Below, piece by piece: positions 36,466 through 43,613 of a DNA stretch of 43,613 nt (position 1 is its first letter; every line of letters starts with the position of its first letter). The DNA is from Ignavibacteriales bacterium (lineage in GTDB: Bacteria; Desulfobacterota_D; UBA1144; Nemesobacterales; CSP1-2): the NCBI GenBank assembly GCA_050259195.1, contig JBLNAE010000362.1, positions 1 through 43,613 on the forward strand. The letters are read 5' to 3'. The notes under the pieces were generated by a model. That model saw nothing but the letters and a program-made list of their open reading frames with translations. It was not told the DNA's origin and searched no databases. The position numbers and the translations under genes were made by a program.

Positions 36466-36881
36466 AACCTCCTTTGGTGAATATTACCCTTTTTTAATCA
36501 CATCTTCCGCAAGTATCTTATTTACCTCCTTGGTTAAAAAGTGATCTTCTTTGAGATTAGCATCCCCGAGATTGGCTCCTTTGAAAATGAGCAACTGGAA
36601 AAATTTTGCTTGAAAGGGATTATTCTTTGTGTGACAATTTTAAAAGGTTTGTGCATAAAATGAGTTCAACAAACTGGTATCAAATTTTTAAAATTATTTA
36701 TGGGGTAGATATGGAGAGAGATGATATTAGACTTATAGATCACTGGCTTTCTGAAAGGTCAGAAAGGTATGAATGAAGTGGTCCCTCCACTGTAGCACTA
36801 AGATTATTTAATTTAAAGTCCTGAGGAAGCGCTTCGGGTATGGGTTTAGATCAACGGAATTCCCGAAGGAGGAAATACATA

Positions 36882-37454
36882 ATGGCAAACGAACTAAACG
36901 GAATGAAGGTCGCAATTCTCGTGGCAGATGGTTTCGAGCAGGTTGAGGTGAGAGAACCAAGGAAGGCTCTAGAACAGGCCGGTGCCCAGGTACACCTGAT
37001 ATCACCCGTGAGAGGCAAGGTCAAAGGATGGAATCATAGAGAATGGGGAGATGAGTTTCCAGTAGATGTTCAACTCGATATGGCCAACGCCAATGATTAT
37101 GATGCATTGATGTTGCCCGGCGGGGTGATGAATCCCGATCGCCTGCGTATGATCCCTCGCGCCGTGGAGTTTGTTAGACAGATTGTTAGTAGTGGTAAGC
37201 CGGTAGCAGCAATTTGCCATGCTCCCTGGACCCTGATCAATGCAGGAGCGGTGAAGGGACGCAGGATAACGTCCTGGCCCTCCCTTAAGACGGACCTGAT
37301 AAATGCAGGAGCGAAATGGGTTGACGAGCAAGTCGTCAAGGACGGTAAATTGGTGACCAGCCGTAAGCCTGATGATATTCCGGCATTCAATCCGGCCATG
37401 ATCGAATTATTCGCGGGTGCTCGCCAGAAATCGCGAGAGGCATACGCTAGGTAG
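36882..37454 (+). CDS. DJ-1/PfpI family protein (type 1 glutamine amidotransferase-like)
   Basis: Nucleophile elbow AAICHAPW, plus DALMLPGG. ATG 36882 is preceded by GAAGGAGGAAA. Confidence 0.88.
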   Translation: MANELNGMKVAILVADGFEQVEVREPRKALEQAGAQVHLISPVRGKVKGWNHREWGDEFPVDVQLDMANANDYDALMLPGGVMNPDRLRMIPRAVEFVRQIVSSGKPVAAICHAPWTLINAGAVKGRRITSWPSLKTDLINAGAKWVDEQVVKDGKLVTSRKPDDIPAFNPAMIELFAGARQKSREAYAR

Positions 37455-37494
37455 AAATGGCAGGAACATAAATCAGCAACCAAAATGACGGATG

Positions 37495-37511
37495 CAGCTT
37501 TGGCAAAGCTG
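37495..37511 (+). terminator. Palindrome downstream of the DJ-1/PfpI gene (weak terminator candidate)
   Basis: CAGCTTTG-G-CAAAGCTG is a perfect palindrome 41 nt after the stop codon. It is followed by ATTTGC, which is not a clean T-run. Confidence 0.3.
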
Positions 37512-37666
37512 ATTTGCATAATTACCTCGTTGAGCTAACAACTTTTATTTTGGCTTTACTTTGCAATAGCGGCTATAGAAAAGGTGCTTTTACCGATTTA
37601 GAACCCACTTGCTTCATCTAAGCCCGTTAAAAATCTCAACTATAGTCTGGTATTATTATTTAAGAT

Positions 37667-38131
37667 ATGAAAGCTCTACTATTCTTTCACATTCTAGGAG
37701 TGGTTCTTCTTTTAGGCAATGTGTTAATTTCAATCTTCTGGAAGTTTAAATCGGATTCTACAAAGGATTTAAAAATTATCGCGCACACTCACAAGGAAAT
37801 TAGACGGGCAGATCGAATCTTCAGCCACATTGGAATAATTTTGATTCTAATTACAGGCTTAGGGCTTTGGCACGTAGATAAAATTAAAATCTCTCAGACC
37901 AGGTGGCCTCTCTGGGGATTGATATTATTTGTCATCGCTACAATCTTGTGGGGCGCCGTAATCGTTCCTACTGAAAAGAAGCTGACTTCCCTTTCAGAGA
38001 AGTCATTGACTGAAGGAAATGTAGACCCTGCCCTTATAAGGTTATCTAAGAAATGGTATAACACAGCAACGATTTTTGTTGCGCTTATAGTGATAATACT
38101 GATTTTGATGGTTTACCGTCCCCTATTTTAG
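37667..38131 (+). CDS. DUF2269-like integral membrane protein
   Basis: 154 aa with four TM helices. The N-terminus MKALLFFHILGVVLLLGNV is typical of DUF2269, as I recall it. Confidence 0.55.
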   Translation: MKALLFFHILGVVLLLGNVLISIFWKFKSDSTKDLKIIAHTHKEIRRADRIFSHIGIILILITGLGLWHVDKIKISQTRWPLWGLILFVIATILWGAVIVPTEKKLTSLSEKSLTEGNVDPALIRLSKKWYNTATIFVALIVIILILMVYRPLF

Positions 38132-38189
38132 AATCTAATGGGTTTCCAAACAGTTTGACACTACTCAAGAACTATTTAACTTATTCTCA

Positions 38190-39515
38190 ATGAATAAAAG
38201 AAAACCGCTCGTTGCGATTGTCGGCAGGCCGAATGTAGGGAAATCCACGCTCTTTAACAGAATCATTGGATGGAGAAAAGCGATTGTAGAGGACATCCCA
38301 GGCGTGACAAGGGACAGAAACTACGCAGACGCCGACTGGGCGGGAAGAGAGTTTAGCGTAGTTGACACAGGCGGATTGGACGTTGAATCGGATGAATTGT
38401 ATCCCTCTTTAGTAAGAGACCAGGTTCAGATAGCGATGGAAGAGGCAGATTTGATCCTATTTCTCCTCGATGCAAAAACGGGAGTAGTACCCCAGGACAT
38501 AGAAATCTCGAATCTCCTTAGAAAATTCACAAAGCCCGTTCTATACGTTGTAAATAAGGTTGACCACGAAAAACATGAAGTTCGGGCTTTCGATTTTCAT
38601 GCTTTAGGAATAGATGAGTTCTTTACAGTGTCCGCTCTTGATGGAAGAAAAATAGATGAGCTTTTAGACGCAATAGTAGAGAGGCTTCCTCAAGCCGAAA
38701 GCGTTGAAGACACGAAGGACACAATAAGGGTCGCAGTAATAGGAAAGCCAAATGTCGGCAAGTCAACCCTTGTCAACAGAATTCTCGGCGAGGAGAGACT
38801 CATCACAAGTCCCGTTCCCGGAACGACAAGGGATTCGATAGATACGCTCATCGAAAAGAACGGGAGAAAATATCTCTTCATTGATACGGCAGGAATCAGA
38901 AGAAGACCGAAGATTATATTCTCCGTTGAAAGGTACAGCGTGCTGAGAGCTATAAAAACAATTGAAAGAGCGGACATAGTGCTCTTTATGTTAGATGGTA
39001 AAGAGGGTCCCACACATCAAGACGCGCGCATCTCCGAGCTTATACAGGATAGAGGAAAAGGGTGCATTGTTCTCTTAAACAAATGGGACCTCGTTCCAAA
39101 AGAGATTGCCGAGATGTCCAACATTGGGGATATAGTCAGAAATAAACTCAAGGGGGTGGATTTCGCCCCGGTAATTTCAATCTCCGCGCTCAGTGGAAAG
39201 AGAGTAAACAAGGTCTTCGAATACATTGACTCGGTGTATGAAAACTTCTCACGCAGAATCCCCACAAAAACGCTTAACAAACTCCTCGACGACATTCTAA
39301 AGACAAATCCTCCGCCGATTTATAAAGGAAGCGAGGTCAAGTTCTATTACATATCACAGCCCATGACAAAGCCGCCAACATTTGTAGTGTTTACAAATTC
39401 ATTAAAGGGCATATCCGAAGGCTATAAAAGATTTCTGGAGAATACATTTCGAGAGGAATTTCCACTAGAAGGAACGCCGATAAAATTCATATTCAGAGCG
39501 AGGAGGAAAGGTTAA
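38190..39515 (+). CDS. der: Ribosome-biogenesis GTPase Der (EngA)
   Basis: Two tandem G domains (GRPNVGKST...DTGG and GKPNVGKST...DTAG...NKWD) and a C-terminal KH-like domain. Confidence 0.96.
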   Translation: MNKRKPLVAIVGRPNVGKSTLFNRIIGWRKAIVEDIPGVTRDRNYADADWAGREFSVVDTGGLDVESDELYPSLVRDQVQIAMEEADLILFLLDAKTGVVPQDIEISNLLRKFTKPVLYVVNKVDHEKHEVRAFDFHALGIDEFFTVSALDGRKIDELLDAIVERLPQAESVEDTKDTIRVAVIGKPNVGKSTLVNRILGEERLITSPVPGTTRDSIDTLIEKNGRKYLFIDTAGIRRRPKIIFSVERYSVLRAIKTIERADIVLFMLDGKEGPTHQDARISELIQDRGKGCIVLLNKWDLVPKEIAEMSNIGDIVRNKLKGVDFAPVISISALSGKRVNKVFEYIDSVYENFSRRIPTKTLNKLLDDILKTNPPPIYKGSEVKFYYISQPMTKPPTFVVFTNSLKGISEGYKRFLENTFREEFPLEGTPIKFIFRARRKG

Positions 39516-39631
39516 ACCTTTAGGGCAAACCCCTGTATTCGCCCATTCACTGCCCTCACATTACCCCCAATATTTTCTCTTCGACCTCGAGATAAGTTGC
39601 TAAGCTAACGTATGAGCTATTAGAGAACGGT

Positions 39632-39669
39632 TGTAACCAATGGGTATTATTTAGCGTCATAATATGACG
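39632..39669 (+). promoter_or_regulatory. Candidate ECF-type promoter overlapping a perfect palindrome
   Basis: TGTAACC (39632-39638), 16 nt, then CGTC (39655-58) — 17 nt from the AAC core (39635-37) — compared with the typical ECF AAC-N16/17-CGT pattern. CGTCATA-A-TATGACG (39655-39669) is a perfect 7-bp inverted repeat, 23 nt before the sigma-factor ATG. Confidence 0.4.
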
Positions 39670-39691
39670 TTGTGATGAAAAAGGGTCAGAC

Positions 39692-40276
39692 ATGCCTGAG
39701 AACCAATTTGATATGGCATCGATCCTGGTTCGAGTCAGGGCGGGCGATGCCGACGCTAGTCGCGACTTGGTCACATTTCTCTATCCGCTGGTCATTAAAA
39801 TTGTGCGTGCCCATTTGCCCCGATCTCTTTCAGAAGAAGATTTAGCCCAAGAGGTTTTTATGAAGATTTTTGCACACATAGAGCAATATCGAGGTGCAGT
39901 ACCATTTGAGCATTGGGTATCTCGAATTACTCTCACAACGTGCATCAACCAGTTGCGTGCGCAAAAACGACGACCAGAGCTGCGCTGGACTGATCTATCG
40001 GAAACCGAAGCCGCTGTTCTAGAAGGAGCAATGTCTGCCGAGTTCGAAGCGAATCGTCTGCAGGCAGTGGCAGCCCGGGAATTGGTAAACAAGCTACTCG
40101 ACTGTCTGAATTCCGAGGATAGGTTGGTAATTACCCTCTTGGATTTAGAGCAACGCTCCGTAGCAGAGATTAGTCAAATAACGGGCTGGAACAGACCGCT
40201 AATCAAAGTGCGAGCTTTCCGAGCCCGTCGTAAGTTAAGAAAACATTTAAACAAACTGCTGGAGAGGAAGACATGA
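39692..40276 (+). CDS. ECF (sigma-70 group 4) RNA polymerase sigma factor
   Basis: Has region 2 (DLAQEVFMKIF...FEHWVSRITLTTCIN) and region 4 (QRSVAEISQITGWNRPLIKVRAFRARRKLR). Confidence 0.88.
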   Translation: MPENQFDMASILVRVRAGDADASRDLVTFLYPLVIKIVRAHLPRSLSEEDLAQEVFMKIFAHIEQYRGAVPFEHWVSRITLTTCINQLRAQKRRPELRWTDLSETEAAVLEGAMSAEFEANRLQAVAARELVNKLLDCLNSEDRLVITLLDLEQRSVAEISQITGWNRPLIKVRAFRARRKLRKHLNKLLERKT

Positions 40277-40605
40277 ATGATATAGAGGAAGTTTGGGCCC
40301 GCTTGGTGAGCGCAGCACGACAAGCTCAAACGCCTGTCGCAACTGAAATACCGCCGGGTTTTGCCACCCGTGTGGCAGCCAAAGGGAAAACAACACCGAA
40401 TAGTCTCTCCGCCTGGGAATTTTTATCCGTCCGAGCCTTGGTTTTCGCCTTTCTACTTATGGTTGGGAGCATAGCGGTGAATTACAATTTAATAAACGAC
40501 AATTGGATCAACAGCTTAGCGACGAATTACCGTTTAGTAAATGATGACTGGGCTAACAGCTCAGTGATAACGGACATCATACCAGAACTGATTTCAGCGT
40601 CATGA
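40273..40605 (+). CDS. Putative membrane anti-sigma factor
   Basis: ATGA overlap with the ECF gene and a single TM helix (ALVFAFLLMVGSIAV). No zf-HC2 motif is present, so the call is by position only. Confidence 0.5.
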   Translation: MNDIEEVWARLVSAARQAQTPVATEIPPGFATRVAAKGKTTPNSLSAWEFLSVRALVFAFLLMVGSIAVNYNLINDNWINSLATNYRLVNDDWANSSVITDIIPELISAS

Positions 40606-41000
40606 ATTTTAAAAAAAACTGGAAAGTGGCCCTCTATTTAGCAGCGATTTTCATTGCCGGTGGAATAACCGGCTCATTTATGACCTTACAAATCCTGAAA
40701 TATACGATCCACAGCCACAGAAATCCCCAAGATTGGTCGGCTATGCTGATGAAGCGGCTGGAGTCAAACCTTAAGCTCACACCACAGCAAGTCCAAAAAA
40801 TTAGGCCTATTGTTGATCAGTCTGTTAATGAATTAAAAACTATACGCTCTAAGACCATATACGAGTCCTCTCAGGTTATTCATCGAACCGAAGAACAAAT
40901 TTCTCGGGAACTTACGCCGGATCAGCAAAAGCGCTTCCAGGAGATTCAACAAGAGCGGCATAAACACTTCAAAGAGCGGCTCGGACCAAGGTCAGATTAA
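40602..41000 (+). CDS. Membrane-anchored Spy/CpxP-family (LTXXQ) periplasmic protein
   Basis: ATGA overlap with the preceding ORF, an N-terminal TM anchor and two LTXXQ-type motifs (LTPQQVQK and LTPDQQKR). Confidence 0.65.
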   Translation: MNFKKNWKVALYLAAIFIAGGITGSFMTLQILKYTIHSHRNPQDWSAMLMKRLESNLKLTPQQVQKIRPIVDQSVNELKTIRSKTIYESSQVIHRTEEQISRELTPDQQKRFQEIQQERHKHFKERLGPRSD

Positions 41001-41070
41001 GATTAAACCCTGTAACCTGATACCTCAAAGCAGTGTCACTACTAAAAGAAAAAATTAAGGAGAGAGTGAA

Positions 41071-41556
41071 ATGAAAAAATTAGTAGCCTCTTTTATTATT
41101 TTGATGTTTGTTGTAAGCCCCGCTTTTGGTCAAGGCACGATGCAGGAAAGGGGAAAACACAGAGGAGCGATGGATATGCATTGTAGAGGGACTAACGCGC
41201 ACATGATGGGTAGAATGTATCCTATGTACAGCATAATAGTTCATCATATTTTCATCAAAGCTAACGCTCTTAATCTTACAGATACACAAAGGAAGGAGTT
41301 AGCAAGCGTTCCTGAGAGATATATTTACCCGATGATTCGTAAGGAAGCGGATCTTAAAATCTCCCGCACGAGGATTATGGGTATGCTGCATGATCCTAAC
41401 TTTGATCCTGCCAAGGTAAAGTCAGAAACTAGGACATCGAACGAAATTAAACTTAAGATGGCAAATATGACTATAGATGCACTTGCAGATATAAGAAACG
41501 CTATTGGTGTAGAAAATTTTAAAAAGGTAGCAGAGATGAAACCTAATCATGGGTGA
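41071..41556 (+). CDS. Secreted Spy/CpxP-like protein with a Met/His-rich N-terminal region
   Basis: Signal peptide (MKKLVASFIILMFVVSPAFG), a Met/His-rich stretch (HRGAMDMHCRGTNAHMMGRMYPMY), then LTDTQRKEL. Confidence 0.55.
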   Translation: MKKLVASFIILMFVVSPAFGQGTMQERGKHRGAMDMHCRGTNAHMMGRMYPMYSIIVHHIFIKANALNLTDTQRKELASVPERYIYPMIRKEADLKISRTRIMGMLHDPNFDPAKVKSETRTSNEIKLKMANMTIDALADIRNAIGVENFKKVAEMKPNHG

Positions 41557-41592
41557 CGAAAGGAGATAGAGCAGAACTGCGAGGGAAAAACC

Positions 41593-41802
41593 ATGTTGGA
41601 AGATACAGAATTTAGTCAAACATTTGCGGAATACACATCAGGCGAGGTTAATTATATCATTGAGGACGAGGGGATTTTTAACTCCATCGAGTCTAAAGAT
41701 GGCTCCGAAGAGGATTTCAAATTCGATATTGAACCACCAGAAGATAAAATATCTCAGAAGAGAGAGGAGCCTCCAAATCACGCTACTGAACGCCTACTTT
41801 AA
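41593..41802 (+). CDS. Acidic 69-aa ORF, possibly the displaced N-terminus (region 1.1-like) of the downstream sigma factor
   Basis: ATG 41593 sits 6 nt after GAGGGA. The product is strongly acidic (EDEGIFNSIESKDGSEEDFKFDIEPPEDK). It overlaps the sigma ORF, which lies in the +1 frame relative to this ORF. Confidence 0.4.
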   Translation: MLEDTEFSQTFAEYTSGEVNYIIEDEGIFNSIESKDGSEEDFKFDIEPPEDKISQKREEPPNHATERLL

Positions 41803-42787
41803 AGAGCTTGGCGCTGAGCCACTTCTCACACCAACGGACGAGGTTGAGATTGCGGCGAAAATGAGAAAATGTGAAATGAGGGCAAAGGAGATACAGATTA
41901 TCGTCGAAAGAACCCTCGACAAGAGGCTTGGACATGATATAAAATTTGCTCTGGAGGAATTAAAAGAGGTTTCAAGTAGGAGTCGCAATACATCAAAAAC
42001 AGAAATGGAATCTAAACAGCTTGGGACACTTGTAACTTTACTTGAGATATATTCAAAAAAAGCAACGCAGTTTAGAAGCAGGTTCACCAAAGCAAACCTG
42101 AGACTCGTTATAAGTATAGCGAGAAAATATCTAGGCCGTGGACTTCCCTTTCTGGATTTAGTTCAGGGGGGCAATCCGGGGCTTATAAGGGCTGTAGAGA
42201 GGTTTGATTACACGAAGGGTTATAGATTTGCTACCTATGCTTCGTGGTGGATACATCAGGGAATGACCAGAGCTATCTTTAACCAGACAAAAACCATAAG
42301 AATCCCGGCTCATCTATTTGAAGAATATAGTAGGATTCAAAGGATAAGCTCAGGGCTTGAGAATAAAATGGGAAGAAAGCCTCTTCCTCAGGAGATTGCA
42401 GAAAAGGCAAATATGTCATCAGAAAATGTAAAGCGGGTGCTTGGGGTTAACGAAAAGGTGATTTGCCTTGATTCTCCCGTCCGGCAGGGAGATAGAATAA
42501 CTCTTATGGATATTATTCCCGAATCTAATTCTCTTTTACCCGATTCACTAATGGCAACGGCTTCTATTCCAGAGAGTGTGAACAATGCACTCTCTTTACT
42601 CAATTCCAGAGAAAGAGAGGTTATAAAGTTGAGGTTTGGAATAGGCCATGAAAATCCATCTACGCTTGATGAGATTAGAAAGAGATTTGGCGTAACAAGA
42701 GAGAGAATTAGGCAAATAGAGAAAGGTGCCCTTGAAAAGCTCAAGAGGTCAGAATTGGCCCCCGCTCTTAAAAGCCTAATAGCCTGA
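41624..42787 (+). CDS. Sigma-70 family RNA polymerase sigma factor (regions 1.2-4.2), divergent
   Basis: Region 1.2 is LLNAYFKELGAEPLLT. Region 2 is ANLRLVISIARKY...LVQGGNPGLIRAVERFDYTKGYRFATYASWWIHQGMTRAI. Region 4.2 is STLDEIRKRFGVTRERIRQIEKGALEKLK. The start is unresolved: ATG 41696, or a frame change from the 41593 ORF. Confidence 0.85.
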   Translation: MRNTHQARLIISLRTRGFLTPSSLKMAPKRISNSILNHQKIKYLRRERSLQITLLNAYFKELGAEPLLTPTDEVEIAAKMRKCEMRAKEIQIIVERTLDKRLGHDIKFALEELKEVSSRSRNTSKTEMESKQLGTLVTLLEIYSKKATQFRSRFTKANLRLVISIARKYLGRGLPFLDLVQGGNPGLIRAVERFDYTKGYRFATYASWWIHQGMTRAIFNQTKTIRIPAHLFEEYSRIQRISSGLENKMGRKPLPQEIAEKANMSSENVKRVLGVNEKVICLDSPVRQGDRITLMDIIPESNSLLPDSLMATASIPESVNNALSLLNSREREVIKLRFGIGHENPSTLDEIRKRFGVTRERIRQIEKGALEKLKRSELAPALKSLIA

Positions 42788-42857
42788 TGAAAATTCAATT
42801 CGTCGAGGCTATACTATTTAAAAATTTTTAGATATACAAAAAGGCCCGGGGGTAAAC

Positions 42858-43523
42858 ATGAGAGCTAAAAGCATCGCAACCTTATTGGCTTTTATTGTTT
42901 GTATTTTGACTATTGCCCTGCTCACATGGGGGGGATGCGGTATAGGTTTCGGTAATAATGGCGGAGACGGCGGAAACGTTGGACCCGACTCTGTTCAAGG
43001 AACCATAACCAGCATTTCCAATGTAAGCTCAACAAGCGGAATAGAAGTCCAAGCCACAGATTCAGCAAATACTCGTACAGATACAACAGATAACAACGGG
43101 TTTTTCCAGATTCAGGGCTTTTTCAGTGGCTCATCACTGAAGCTCGCATTTGTAGACCCGAATAACAATAACCAAGTCCTGGCAGTTACAAGCGTTACTA
43201 TATTTCCCGGAATACAGATTAATCTAGGAAATATAACGATAACTGATGGGAACGTAACCTTATCGGGTAATATAAGCGTAACCTTTGACGGAGACATATC
43301 AACAAACAATTGTTCTCAAAATGCAGGAAATAATGCAGGGACTATAGTGGTAACCGCAGGCAATACAGATGTTATTGTCCAGGTTCTTAGCTCTACAACT
43401 ATAGTAGATAGTAATAACAACACTCGGAATTGCGGAGATTTATTATCCGGAGGGACAGTCACCGTAGCGGGAGACCTTTTAATGGGCAACACAGTACAAG
43501 CAAATAGGATTGAGCTTCATTAG
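42858..43523 (+). CDS. Putative lipoprotein / secreted Asn-Thr-rich protein (carboxypeptidase-regulatory-like plus DUF5666-like pattern)
   Basis: Signal peptide with a lipobox-like LLTWGGC. GIEVQATDSANTRTDTTDNNGFFQIQGF resembles a CarboxypepD_reg fold. The C-terminal VTVAGDLLMGNTVQANRIEL resembles DUF5666. Both domain calls are from memory. Confidence 0.5.
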   Translation: MRAKSIATLLAFIVCILTIALLTWGGCGIGFGNNGGDGGNVGPDSVQGTITSISNVSSTSGIEVQATDSANTRTDTTDNNGFFQIQGFFSGSSLKLAFVDPNNNNQVLAVTSVTIFPGIQINLGNITITDGNVTLSGNISVTFDGDISTNNCSQNAGNNAGTIVVTAGNTDVIVQVLSSTTIVDSNNNTRNCGDLLSGGTVTVAGDLLMGNTVQANRIELH

Positions 43524-43613
43524 GATTTATAAAGGTCTGTGTGAAACGTGAGTTCTAAATGAGTTTTCAAGAGTGATAACGGTACAACACTTGAAATCTA
43601 AACTATAAACAAT

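Noticed and set aside
36484-36639. Minus-strand open frame ending FKGANLGDANLKEDHFLTKEVNKILAEDVIKKG*, reminiscent of a pentapeptide-repeat protein C-terminus (possible gene remnant)
   Set aside because: It has only two pentapeptide-like units, no ATG or SD, and just 51 codons between stops. That is too little to support a gene or a pseudogene call.
39655-39669. Possible dif/Xer recombination site (CGTCATAATATGACG)
   Set aside because: It lacks the ATAA-N6-TTAT arrangement and the asymmetric XerC/XerD arms of known dif sites. Its position 23 nt upstream of the ECF sigma start fits an operator or -10 context better.
42858-43523. Asn-rich C-terminal half of the lipoprotein as a diversity-generating retroelement variable region
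   Set aside because: I saw no second (template) copy of the region in the window and no reverse transcriptase gene. The window ends 90 nt after the gene, so this cannot be fully excluded.
1-43613. tRNA, rRNA, tmRNA, RNase P or SRP RNA genes, CRISPR arrays, IS elements and integrases other than XerD
   Set aside because: Visual scanning of all gaps over 100 nt found no T-loop GGTTCGAAT-type motifs, no regularly spaced direct repeats, no transposase-like ORFs and no terminal inverted repeats bracketing a gene. A covariance-model scan would be the decisive check.

Overview
This looks like a bacterial chromosomal fragment. By eye I found no rRNA, tRNA, CRISPR array, transposase or phage gene.

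**Left third (205-16749, all minus strand):**
- a caa3-type cytochrome c oxidase operon (ctaC-ctaD-ctaE-ctaG);
- a CaCA Ca2+/H+ exchanger;
- a three-gene oxidoreductase block (PoxB-like ThDP enzyme, enolase-superfamily enzyme, YdiJ-like FAD/Fe-S oxidase);
- a run of stress-type genes: DUF4142, SDR, Zn-ADH, two SRPBCC proteins, and a 48-aa Cys-rich ORF that the ORF track misses.

**Middle (17.3-24.6 kb):** housekeeping genes metK-ahcY, xerD, an M50 protease, trpS, scpA-scpB and ybeY.

**Right part, in order:**
- a GC-rich decayed quinone-oxidoreductase pseudogene;
- a DUF948/YtxH pair;
- a NiFe-hydrogenase maturation cluster (protease, hypA, hypF-hypC-hypD-hypE), interrupted by non-hyp genes and lacking hypB and any structural hydrogenase gene;
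- a QueG-like Fe-S protein, DJ-1/PfpI, DUF2269 and der;
- a translationally coupled ECF sigma / anti-sigma / Spy-like module;
- a divergent sigma-70 gene with an apparent frame break;
- an Asn/Thr-rich lipoprotein.

I did not find a convincing new multi-gene system; there are no defence-like nucleases, ATPases or reverse transcriptases.

**Most unusual signals:**
1. A family of imperfect-palindrome intergenic elements, plus several short GC-core hairpins, in the housekeeping and hyp blocks.
2. The atypical hyp cluster, with a perfect (GAA)8 repeat that forms a poly-Phe uORF coupled to the protease.
3. The decayed GC-rich gene next to ybeY.
4. The split sigma-70 gene.
5. A block-wise switch in Arg codon usage that suggests a mosaic origin.

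All calls come from reading motifs in the translations. No database search was run.
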